DNA of 45,098 nucleotides from an uncultured bacterium (GTDB taxonomy: Bacteria; Zixibacteria; MSB-5A5; JAABVY01; JAHJOQ01). This document shows, piece by piece, positions 36,255 through 45,098 of this stretch. A program made the position numbers and the translations under genes. The stretch is from the NCBI GenBank assembly GCA_965369655.1, contig CBDUQR010000023.1, forward strand, positions 1 through 45,098, given 5' to 3'. Each line of letters starts with the position of its first letter. The stretch's first letter is position 1. The notes under the pieces are model-generated. The model did no database searches and had not been told where the DNA came from. It saw only the letters and a program-made list of their open reading frames with translations.

Positions 36255-39167
36255 TCAACAGTCCGGAGTTCCATCCCCGTCAGGATCGCACGGGTCATTG
36301 CCGCCACCAAAGATATAGTTGATCAGGTAGACAACATCGTCGATGTCGACACCGCCTGAACAGTCGGCGTCGCCTGCGGCGAGCGGAACTGGCGGGGGAC
36401 CGCCGCCAAAGATGTAGTTGATCAGATAGACAACGTCATCGATGTCGACGCCTCCGCTTGCGTCAGCATCGCCGCACAGGTACGACTGCGACGGGTTGAC
36501 TGTCGTATCGATGAACACATCCGAGTTGCCGTTCTGCTGGAAATCAGTGAAGACTGTATATGCGACTGAGTCTTTGATCGCAATGCCGATATACTCGCCG
36601 ACCCACTTAGTCGCCGGAGGCACTTCCATATCCTGAATCACATAACTCGGTCCAAAGCTGGCAGCACCATTTGTACTGACTGTCATGCGTACCTGCGACG
36701 CAGGGATCCATGGATCGAGCGGGCTCGTCTGAAATTGGTAGTAGGCTATGTCGACCGTACCATTCGATTTCACCGCCACCCACGGCAGGAGATCCGGGTA
36801 CGACTCAGGATTGTCGCTTACCTGAACCGGCGCCTGCCATGTCACTCCAGCATCGGTTGATCGCACACAGAAAACATCGGCTTCATCACTGCCGCTCAGC
36901 CATGTTGCACCGTTGTCGGATGAGTAATTCGAGAATATATCCTGAAATCCCATTCCCATATAGACGCACCGTGGGTCAGGCCATGCGATATTCACCCAAC
37001 CGTTGCCAGCATCAATAACTGGCTTTACCATGCCAAGGCCGAATGGGAGAGTGCCTGTGCTGATGAAGATATCGGATCCCCAAGTTTGTCCATTGTCTGT
37101 AGATCTGTTAAAGAACACCTGTCCGCCGAACTGCCCATCATACCAGGTGGCGTAAACGTAATTCGCTTCGGACTTGATATCGACGCCGGCTGATAGCATT
37201 CCGATGGAGCCCGGATCGAGTGGACCGATGTCTGGAGTCTGCCATGTGACGCCATTGTCGCTCGAGTAGTCGAAGAAGATGTCGTTACTCATGCCAGTTA
37301 GTCGATTGTCATCCCAGCCGATATAGACATAGCTGCCCTGGATGTTCATTTCGAGGTTATAGCAATTGAAGCCAGGTTCATTGATCTGAATATCACCGAC
37401 CCAACTGGCGCCGTTGTTTGTTGACCGATTGAAATACACTTCACTATTACCGGATCTGTTGTCGCTGAAACAGGCATAGACATTTGAACCAGTGCACTCG
37501 ATACCGTCGCGTAACGGCAACGAACTGTAGCCGATACCTGTCCCTGAACTGAGCAAGGTTGAAATCGCCTGCCAGGTTTGCCCGTAGTTGCTCGAGTAAT
37601 TGGAGTAAGGCTTGAGGACCGCTCCGGAGCGGAAGTCATTCCACATGCAGTAGACGTATGATCCAGTACACGCAAGTCTGGCATTTGACGAGGAGGTCGC
37701 ACCCGACCCATCTCCGTTGTCGACTCTGACTGTGGACAGCCATGTGGCGCCGCCGTCCGTCGAGCGAGCAAGGTAGATATCATCCATGCCTCCACTACGG
37801 AAGTCTGTAAACGCCACATACACATTGTTGCCTGTGCTCACAATGTGGGGATTGCTGGATGTCGATGTCGTATTGCCGTCGATGTGTTGTTCGGTCTGCC
37901 ATGTCAAACCGTTGTCGGTTGATCTGTTGAAGTAGATATCCGAGTGAGTGCCTGCTCGATAATCTTCCCATACGACATAGACATTGTTGCCCGAACTGCT
38001 CATCCTGATCCACCATGAATTGTTCGCGCCCGGCGTATCAGTATTGTCGAGCGGCCCTATGGCGGAAAGCTCCCATGTCTGACCATCGTCTGTGGAACGA
38101 TTGAAATAGACGTCTCCAGAGCCGTTTCTGAAGTCCTCCCAAGCCGCAAACACATAGTTGACATTTCGCACGATCACCGGTCGGTCTGCCTGTGACTGAC
38201 CGGGGTCATCGCCGACGTCGAGTCGAATGTCCTCATAGCCGTCCGGATCGGAAATATACGTGATATACAATTTGTTAAGATCATACGGATCGCCTGCGGC
38301 TGACGGGAAACACTTCGCTTTGAAACCGGTGCAGTCGCATGTGTAGAGCGGAGGAGCGAGGAAATCGGTGACTTTCACATCGCCGCCGAATGTCTGACCG
38401 CCGTCAAACGAAATGTCAACATACAGCGATCCGGGCACGCCGCCTTTGAAATAGCAGTCATACCACGTCATGTAGACCAATCCATTTGCACCGACGAACG
38501 GAAATGCACCTTCGGCGAATGCTGTCTGGGGTGGATTGTTGTTGATTTGAATCGGCGTGGAAAACGACATCCCGCCATCAGTAGACCGTGCAAAGAAAAT
38601 GTCGGAATGCTGTCCGTCAGTGTCGTCGCGTTGCCAGCCGACGTAGATGTTGTTTGCGTGAGCGCTGAACGCATTGGTGTCGACAGTCATCATGCACTTG
38701 TCCGCGAATTTCACAGGTGGGCCGCCGATGTATTTAAGTGAGTCGACCTTAACGGGCGTCCCCCATGTTCGACCGCCGTCAGTTGATTTGCAGACAAAAA
38801 TCCCACTGGAGCCGTAGAACCATGTTCCCTCATACGATAGAAAACAGGCATAGGCGTTGCCGTTGAGATCGCACGCAACAGACGGATCACCGGTAGTCGT
38901 CCAGACATATGGAAGCTGGACATCGAACCAGTTGATCCCGCCGTCGGAGCTGTAACTGACACCGAGCGTCTTCCCGATGTCGTTGTAGCCGACTATCACA
39001 TTCATCGGGTCGCCAGTGAAGTGATGGTTGATCGCGATGCTCGGCTCGTTCTGGACGCTGTTGTCGGTATCCTGATTGACCTGGACGTCGCTCGATGCAA
39101 CGGCGGTGACCGTCATCAGGATCGACACGAGAATGGACATGCTGATCTTGAACCTTAACAAATGCAT
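36255..39167 (-). CDS. Secreted BNR/Asp-box (sialidase-like) beta-propeller protein with C-terminal dockerin type I
   Basis: Signal peptide; more than 10 S.D.G.TW Asp-boxes; duplicated GDAD.SG.VDIDDVVYLINYIF.GG C-terminus. GAGAGG RBS before ATG 39167. Confidence 0.88.
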   Translation of the reverse strand: MHLLRFKISMSILVSILMTVTAVASSDVQVNQDTDNSVQNEPSIAINHHFTGDPMNVIVGYNDIGKTLGVSYSSDGGINWFDVQLPYVWTTTGDPSVACDLNGNAYACFLSYEGTWFYGSSGIFVCKSTDGGRTWGTPVKVDSLKYIGGPPVKFADKCMMTVDTNAFSAHANNIYVGWQRDDTDGQHSDIFFARSTDGGMSFSTPIQINNNPPQTAFAEGAFPFVGANGLVYMTWYDCYFKGGVPGSLYVDISFDGGQTFGGDVKVTDFLAPPLYTCDCTGFKAKCFPSAAGDPYDLNKLYITYISDPDGYEDIRLDVGDDPGQSQADRPVIVRNVNYVFAAWEDFRNGSGDVYFNRSTDDGQTWELSAIGPLDNTDTPGANNSWWIRMSSSGNNVYVVWEDYRAGTHSDIYFNRSTDNGLTWQTEQHIDGNTTSTSSNPHIVSTGNNVYVAFTDFRSGGMDDIYLARSTDGGATWLSTVRVDNGDGSGATSSSNARLACTGSYVYCMWNDFRSGAVLKPYSNYSSNYGQTWQAISTLLSSGTGIGYSSLPLRDGIECTGSNVYACFSDNRSGNSEVYFNRSTNNGASWVGDIQINEPGFNCYNLEMNIQGSYVYIGWDDNRLTGMSNDIFFDYSSDNGVTWQTPDIGPLDPGSIGMLSAGVDIKSEANYVYATWYDGQFGGQVFFNRSTDNGQTWGSDIFISTGTLPFGLGMVKPVIDAGNGWVNIAWPDPRCVYMGMGFQDIFSNYSSDNGATWLSGSDEADVFCVRSTDAGVTWQAPVQVSDNPESYPDLLPWVAVKSNGTVDIAYYQFQTSPLDPWIPASQVRMTVSTNGAASFGPSYVIQDMEVPPATKWVGEYIGIAIKDSVAYTVFTDFQQNGNSDVFIDTTVNPSQSYLCGDADASGGVDIDDVVYLINYIFGGGPPPVPLAAGDADCSGGVDIDDVVYLINYIFGGGNDPCDPDGDGTPDC

Positions 39168-39445
39168 TTCATACCTCTCTGTCTGCGGCAAAGAGTTCGT
39201 GAGGAAATAGGGAACTGCTTTATCTATATATATCGGTCTGTTCCTAAAGTAGTCCAGTCCGTCTAGAAAGCAAGAGGTTTTTTCTAATTGAACTCAAAAC
39301 ATGTTTAGGTTCAGAAAGCTCATAATGCAAATTACCAAGACATTGCATATTAAATGGCGGTGTGTCTCCATGATACTCACTAGGAAAGTCACTTGTGTTT
39401 CATAAGGTTAGGAGTTGTGCAATATGTATATAATATATATAATTA

Positions 39446-39610
39446 CAATAAAGTGTTTACATGTATAGAAATATATATTATATATAAACTAAATATATAC
39501 ACTTTATATATACAAGAAATGCACAATATATATAAAATCTCAATAAAGTGTTTACATATGTAGAAATAGATATTATATGTAAACTAAATGTATGCACTTT
39601 ATATATACAA
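39446..39610. repeat. Two 70-bp AT-rich direct repeats (39446-39515, 39541-39610) with internal inverted arms; probable promoter/operator
   Basis: 64/70 identity by hand alignment, 95-bp period; the second copy ends at the CAGGAG RBS of the Fic gene. Confidence 0.8.
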
Positions 39611-39622
39611 CAGGAGTCGTCG

Positions 39623-40954
39623 ATGGAAATATACAAACTACGAAAGCCTGAAATCACGTTGGAAATTGACAATGTGCTTCAACGAATTGACACGAAAGAA
39701 ATATCCTCTTACGTAGAAAGCACCAGTAAACCACGATATCTTTTTTGGGACAAAGTGCGTTATAAGCCTCGGCCGGATGGAATTACAGCTGAGGAATTTT
39801 GGTCACTGATCAAACTATTTCGAAAGTATTCCGCAAACAGGGTTAAAGCGGTTGTCCGTGATGTAAACGGAGACTACTTTACATGGCAACCATTACCCGG
39901 ACTGGACTACTTCCTGCACGAAGTAGATATGCAGTTAGGTGGTGCTCTTGAGTCCACACTCATTGAGGATCAATCGACACGTCGAAGATTCATAACGCGC
40001 GGAATAATGGAAGAAGCTATCGCGTCGTCACAGTTGGAGGGGGCGAGCACCTCGCGGCGATTTGCAAAGAGAATGCTTCTGGAAAAGCGAAAACCATCGA
40101 ACCGTTCCGAGAAGATGATAATCAACAATTACCAGGCGATGTTGGAAGTGGAGGAAGAGTTACGACATCAGGACTTGAGCTTGGATATGTTGCTCCATCT
40201 GCATAGCATACTAACCAAAGATACCATAGATAGTAAGGAAATAGGGCGGTTCCGAAAAGATCAGGACAACATCGTAGTGTGCGACACTGCTTCTCAAGTA
40301 GTCTATCATGAACCGCCACCAGAGAAACTCCTCAAGAAAGAACTTGTACGTTTTATCAAGTATGCGAATGGAGGTTCGAAAGAACACCAATTCGTGCACC
40401 CGTTGATTAAGGCAATTATCTTGCACTTCTGGGTCGGATATCTACACCCATTTACTGATGGCAATGGGCGGTTGGCCCGAACGATCTTCTATTGGTTTCT
40501 TTTGCGAAAGGGCTACTGGGCGTTTTCATATCTTCCGATATCCAGAGTGATTCGAAACTCATCAGCACAGTATCGGGATGCATACATATACTCTGAACAA
40601 GACGATAATGACCTGACCTATTTCATCGATTACAATGTTCGGAAACTTTCTCAAGCCAAGCGCGAGTTTGAGGAGTACGTGGAACGAAAAGAGATTGAAA
40701 ATCGCAAAATGGTTGAAGTTGCTCGTGATAAATACCACTTGAATGATCGTCAGACTTTACTCCTTCGCCATTTGTACAAGAATTCTTCTGCTACAACATC
40801 AATCAAGGTGCACTCACATGTCAATAGTATTTCCAAGATGACCGCTCGAAAAGATCTCGAAGAACTCGAGCGACTAGGTTTTCTCACATCACAGAAACTT
40901 GGCAGAGAGAGGCCATTTAAGGGCACAGACAAATTGCTTGAATTGTTTTCCTGA
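39623..40954 (+). CDS. Fic family protein with C-terminal wHTH
   Basis: HPFTDGNGRLAR Fic motif; SSQLEG inhibitory-helix motif N-terminal to it; LNDRQ...S.MTARKDLEEL...GFL wHTH; ATG 39623 with CAGGAG RBS. Confidence 0.92.
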   Translation: MEIYKLRKPEITLEIDNVLQRIDTKEISSYVESTSKPRYLFWDKVRYKPRPDGITAEEFWSLIKLFRKYSANRVKAVVRDVNGDYFTWQPLPGLDYFLHEVDMQLGGALESTLIEDQSTRRRFITRGIMEEAIASSQLEGASTSRRFAKRMLLEKRKPSNRSEKMIINNYQAMLEVEEELRHQDLSLDMLLHLHSILTKDTIDSKEIGRFRKDQDNIVVCDTASQVVYHEPPPEKLLKKELVRFIKYANGGSKEHQFVHPLIKAIILHFWVGYLHPFTDGNGRLARTIFYWFLLRKGYWAFSYLPISRVIRNSSAQYRDAYIYSEQDDNDLTYFIDYNVRKLSQAKREFEEYVERKEIENRKMVEVARDKYHLNDRQTLLLRHLYKNSSATTSIKVHSHVNSISKMTARKDLEELERLGFLTSQKLGRERPFKGTDKLLELFS

Positions 40955-41109
40955 GAACAACATGTAAGACTATTGCAAATGAGTCAGCTTTTCTCAGTCG
41001 AGGCGATAGGTCCATTACTTTCGATTCAGGGTAGTGAGACCTTTGACAAGCATTAGTTACGCACCTTCCACCACCTTCCACAGTTTACTCTTGAGCAACC
41101 TCATATGGA

Positions 41110-42636
41110 ATGCTACATTCCCCGCATATGATTGAGTCCATCAAGAAACACCCGCTTCTCTCGATCCTGATCATTGCAGGAGCGTTTCGTCTGTTTGCCG
41201 CGCTCTTTTCTCAGGGTTTCATGGCGCACGATGATCATTTCGAGACTGTTCGGATCGCGTGGGTGTGGCATCACGAAGGCCTGTTCCTCGAGGACGGCAC
41301 TCTTCGCTGGGATGGCAAGCCGGACGTCGGTCCCGGCAGAAGTCCTCTCTACAACCTGTTCCTGCTCGGCATGATGAAGATATCCTCCGTGTTTGGAGTC
41401 GAACACCTTGATCAGCACATGTATTTCGACAGGATGATGCACGCGCTGCTTTCACTTTTGCCGATCTTTTTCGGATACAGGTATCTCAGAGAAGAGACCG
41501 ATGAAAACACTGCGCTGGTCGGTGGTCTGATCCTCAGCGCTCATTTCCTTATGCCGTATCTTGCTGTGAGAAACTTAATCGAGATGGTGGGCGCGGATTT
41601 CCTTGTGCCTGCGCTCTACTTCGCTCATAGATCGATAAAGCGTTCCTCGGATCGTGATGCCCTGCTTGCGGCACTGTTCAGCGCGATTGCTTTTATGCTG
41701 CGTTTCCAGATAGCCGCCGCTCTGATCGCTGTACCGGTAGCTATTCTGATTTCGAGGCGAGACTGGCAACGTGCGGGTATATACTGCGTGTCGCTCGCAG
41801 GCGCCATAGGCATTCTGGGTCTGCTCGATATTTACACTCATGGCCGGTTTCTCGGCAGCCTGTACGCCCATATCCTCAGTAATCTGCCCGAGTCGGCGCC
41901 ATTGGCCGGACCCTGGTACAGACATCTGCTGCTGATCCTCGGTATCATGATTCCGCCGTTCTCGATTTTGTTTTTCGGATCAGTATTCCAGCGCGAGACA
42001 ATCCGAAAGCACCTGGTCATGCTGTTGCCTGCGCTGCTGTTTGTGATCGTACATTCGATAATTCCCAACAAGCAGGAGCGTTTTATGATACCGGTTTTCC
42101 CGGTGCTGATCATTCTCGGGTGCGCAGGCATGAGTTGTTTCTATCGTGCAAAGAACTACGCGAAGTGGCGCAAACTGGTGATCGGGTTGTGGATATGGTT
42201 CATAGTCCTGAATACATTGTTGCTGATTCCATTTACATTCAACTACGCTCATCGCGGGCTTGTCGATTCGATGGCATATCTGTCGAGGCAGGATGATGTC
42301 GATGGCGTGGTGTTCGACTGCACTGCGCGCAAAAAGTGGCTGCCGTATTCGTACTGGGATTACCGGAAACCGAATGCTGTCAAGCTTACGTCTAAGTATG
42401 ATCTCGATGACGCGATCCAATCTGATAAGATTTCACGATCAAGTCCGCCCAGTTATATCGTGGTGTATGCCGATGGTTATCCCGACGATCAGCTTGCGGA
42501 ATACGGATCGAAACTCGGCAGATACGAGGTTGTGCATCACGGGGAACCATCGCTGATCGACCTGATCCTGCACCTGATGAACCCGAAATACAACCACAAA
42601 AATGAAGCGTGGGTGCTGAAGAGAGCGCTACCCTGA
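41110..42636 (+). CDS. GT-C fold membrane glycosyltransferase (PIG-B/Alg9- or PMT-like)
   Basis: Multiple TM segments, first-loop HDDHFE acidic motif, GPWY, HS.IPNKQERF..P motif. The start could be ATG 41128. Confidence 0.75.
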   Translation: MLHSPHMIESIKKHPLLSILIIAGAFRLFAALFSQGFMAHDDHFETVRIAWVWHHEGLFLEDGTLRWDGKPDVGPGRSPLYNLFLLGMMKISSVFGVEHLDQHMYFDRMMHALLSLLPIFFGYRYLREETDENTALVGGLILSAHFLMPYLAVRNLIEMVGADFLVPALYFAHRSIKRSSDRDALLAALFSAIAFMLRFQIAAALIAVPVAILISRRDWQRAGIYCVSLAGAIGILGLLDIYTHGRFLGSLYAHILSNLPESAPLAGPWYRHLLLILGIMIPPFSILFFGSVFQRETIRKHLVMLLPALLFVIVHSIIPNKQERFMIPVFPVLIILGCAGMSCFYRAKNYAKWRKLVIGLWIWFIVLNTLLLIPFTFNYAHRGLVDSMAYLSRQDDVDGVVFDCTARKKWLPYSYWDYRKPNAVKLTSKYDLDDAIQSDKISRSSPPSYIVVYADGYPDDQLAEYGSKLGRYEVVHHGEPSLIDLILHLMNPKYNHKNEAWVLKRALP

Positions 42637-42745
42637 CCTTTTGAATCCTTGTGGACAATCACTATATCAGGATTCAATTGCACAAACGGACTGATTATGC
42701 GTCTTTGCCTAAGAAGCAGTATGGCAATACAGTCGGAGTAATAAC

Positions 42746-43636
42746 ATGCGCAAGATACAAGCAAGCGAATTCACACTCAAATCAATGATGATGTGTAGTC
42801 TTCTGATTGCCACATGCTTGCTGATACCCAGGACCGGTAATGCTATGAATATTGAGTTGACAATAACGGCTGACACAAACGTGTTTGTGAGTGGAGAGAC
42901 TGTATGGATCGATTTGATGTTGATCAACATGGCAGACACAGCGGTGTATATCCCCTGGCCAAGCAGTCTCAACAACTCGATTGGCTTCGATGCTCAAACT
43001 TCGGAAGGTGATACGCTTTGTCCCGGACTGATTATGTTCTGCGGGCTCGGTGAGCCGAGAACCTGGCTCGAACCAGGTGATACGTTCTACAACACTATTG
43101 AGCTCGAATTGGAACATATCCCACCTTGGCCAAACAAAGGAATCGATTGGCGAACATACGAAGATCCTCCAGTTGTGGGTGATATCTCGATCACATGTGT
43201 CTATCTTGATCATTACAGGTCTAACACTCTGAATGTCCATTTCCGAGATGCTGACAGCACTAGGGGGTGTATGTATGAATTGTGGCTAAACAGGGGCCGC
43301 CCCTGCGCAAACAATTATAATGGCGAGCGGGCGATGAAGCGGTTAATCTATGAATTCCCCGACAGTCTGCTTGCAGATGCAGCTTGCGGTTGGCTTATCA
43401 GGCACTTCGGATGTGAACTAAGCAGAGGGGGAGACGCTGACAGCGCAAGAAAATACAGCTATTACTTGATAACGAATTATCCTGCATCGGGACATGTCTA
43501 TAGAGCATTGCCTAATGTATGTAAGATTCGCGATCTGAAGAGTGGAGAGTTGGATGAACTCTTTCCTAACGGTGTACCTCTGGAAGTGCGGATGATCGCG
43601 AGGAGCGCCCAACGCGGGTTTAGTACCGGGCTGTGA
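42746..43636 (+). CDS. Secreted hypothetical protein
   Basis: GGAG RBS, signal peptide, Ig-like N-region (GE.V.I.L.L.N...LEPGDT), helical C-region with YP.S motifs. Confidence 0.6.
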   Translation: MRKIQASEFTLKSMMMCSLLIATCLLIPRTGNAMNIELTITADTNVFVSGETVWIDLMLINMADTAVYIPWPSSLNNSIGFDAQTSEGDTLCPGLIMFCGLGEPRTWLEPGDTFYNTIELELEHIPPWPNKGIDWRTYEDPPVVGDISITCVYLDHYRSNTLNVHFRDADSTRGCMYELWLNRGRPCANNYNGERAMKRLIYEFPDSLLADAACGWLIRHFGCELSRGGDADSARKYSYYLITNYPASGHVYRALPNVCKIRDLKSGELDELFPNGVPLEVRMIARSAQRGFSTGL

Positions 43637-43686
43637 TTCATCGATTATCCTTTTCATTTATTGCATCAGTTCTTATTTTCCTTTCC

Positions 43687-44415
43687 ATGTCAATCTTCTT
43701 CCTATCCGATGTGCATCTTGGGCATGATGAGCCTGAGAGAGAAAAGCTGAAGCTGCGTAAGCTCGATCAGTTATTTGAGCTTGTGGCGTCAGAAGGTGAG
43801 CAGCTATATATCCTTGGTGATCTGTTCGATTTCTGGTTCGAGTACAAACACGCGATCCCGAAAGATCATCTAACTGTCCTGTGCAAACTCCAAAAGCTTG
43901 TCGATGCGGGTGTGAAGCTGACATACATAACCGGCAACCATGATTTCTGGCTCGGCGATCTTCTGACTAGGCAGCTCGAAATCGATGTTCACCGCGACCA
44001 GATGACAATCGAACATCATGGAAAAAAGATATTCCTGATTCATGGCGACGGCCTCGCTAAGAACGACCGGGGCTACCGCGTACTCAAAAAGATCATGCGC
44101 AACAAGCTGAGCATATTCCTCTACCGACAGGTGCCGCCCGATATCGGGATACCCTTCGCGAAATGGTGCTCGCGGACGAGTCGCCTGCATACGTCGAAGC
44201 GACCGAAAGAATCATTCCTGCAGGAGTACCGCGATTTCGCGAAATGTAAGATTGATGACGGATACGATTGCGTTATTTGCGCGCACACGCATGTCCCCGA
44301 GATCATCCAGTTCGAGAATGGTACTTACATCAACAGCGGCGACTGGTGCGAGAATTTCACGTATGTGGTTCTCGGGGATGACGGATTCAAGTTGAATAGG
44401 TGGGAAGATCGCTGA
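43687..44415 (+). CDS. lpxH: UDP-2,3-diacylglucosamine diphosphatase (LpxH-like metallophosphoesterase)
   Basis: FLSDVHLG, LGDLFDFWFEY, GNHDFW, HGDG, AHTH.P, YINSGDW motifs; likely start ATG 43687. Confidence 0.85.
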   Translation: MSIFFLSDVHLGHDEPEREKLKLRKLDQLFELVASEGEQLYILGDLFDFWFEYKHAIPKDHLTVLCKLQKLVDAGVKLTYITGNHDFWLGDLLTRQLEIDVHRDQMTIEHHGKKIFLIHGDGLAKNDRGYRVLKKIMRNKLSIFLYRQVPPDIGIPFAKWCSRTSRLHTSKRPKESFLQEYRDFAKCKIDDGYDCVICAHTHVPEIIQFENGTYINSGDWCENFTYVVLGDDGFKLNRWEDR

Positions 44416-44492
44416 ACGGTAACGTGTCCGTCAGTTTGATACGCGAATTTTGGCAGATGTAAGAACCGTAGGTACTAACAAGGCAAGCTCTT

Positions 44493-44700
44493 GTAGGTCA
44501 GGCTCACTTGCCCTGACCTGAGCTTTCCGAAGGGGAGCCTGGCGCTTGAACATCACGCCCCAAGTTGGCATGACCTACTGTGACATTACTCTTGAGTAGG
44601 GCAGCGATCCGCAACGGAGCGGTTCTGTCATCTTCACAAGTTGGCAACGCAGTAAGCCTACTGAAACCCACCCGACGCTTTCGCTTTGGGTGGGCTACCA
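44493..44700. repeat. Cluster of GTAG-type REP-like hairpins
   Basis: GTAGGTCA (44493) ... TGACCTAC (44578) inverted pair; internal aggtcagg/cctgacct hairpin; GTAGGGCAG (44596); acccaccc/gggtgggCTAC hairpin (44666-44698); caagttggca occurs twice. Confidence 0.55.
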
Positions 44701-44734
44701 GATTTGCCTTCTGCATGGGATACCGGATTATCGC

Positions 44735-45050
44735 TTACGGACTTAAAACAACTCTTGCCGTCTCTCCACCTTCAACCTTAACGCTCTGCATCAACGTGCC
44801 ACCCTGCTGTCTGTATCCAACGACCCAGGTGATCATTGTAATAACGTAGAAATCTCCGTCTGCAACCTCATCGAATACGAAGTTGCCTTGAGCATCACCG
44901 AGCACTTTTCTTGTGGCTGCTGTGTACTCCGGAAGATCAGGAACAAATTTCGGCGCTCCACTATGAGAGTATCCCTTTTGATCGGATGCATAGATATTCA
45001 ACATCCGCTCCGTTGCGTAGGGCGTGACTGGAATAAGCCATACATTGATC
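44735..45050 (-). pseudogene. 5'-truncated remnant of an exported beta-sandwich (carboxypeptidase-regulatory-like) protein
   Basis: Frame extends upstream of ATG 45004 as INVWLIPVTPYATER to an in-frame TAG near 45059; DAQGNF.F..V.DG.FYV motif; no signal peptide. Confidence 0.45.
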
Positions 45051-45098
45051 TTCCCCCGCTATAACGGACATGTTAAGAAGATAGTGTTTGCAGTCGCT

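Noticed and set aside
36270-36480. Tandem DNA repeat at the end of the propeller gene
   Set aside because: Explained by the two halves of the dockerin domain.

Overview
Bacterial chromosomal segment. A large Asp-box propeller protein with a C-terminal duplicated dockerin suggests a Zixibacteria-like lineage (inference only). The housekeeping backbone is tldD-pmbA-DUF116, holB, ftsE-ftsX-envC, YCF48-like, phzF-like, nadC-birA, sensor kinase/receiver, aldehyde dehydrogenase, asnS, HU, sucCD, a GT-C glycosyltransferase and lpxH. Small accessory inserts interrupt it: a DUF3467/HicB-like/HicA-like trio, an unknown AT-rich gene pair, two fused restriction-modification genes, a Trypco1 + trypsin-STAND-TPR pair, and a Fic-wHTH gene behind a duplicated 70-bp operator-like unit. 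Their junctions are littered with several families of short palindromic REP-like repeats. The most striking feature is the type ISP-like R-M gene at 18921-23117 (-). It carries a complete REP-associated tyrosine transposase (RAYT) domain in frame, with no stop codon of its own and no evident start, bracketed by 55-bp double-hairpin REP units. Two more copies of that unit sit elsewhere in the same frame, and a single in-frame TAG lies downstream of the RAYT. No rRNA, tRNA or CRISPR array was recognised. All family assignments come from motif recognition by eye, not from database searches.
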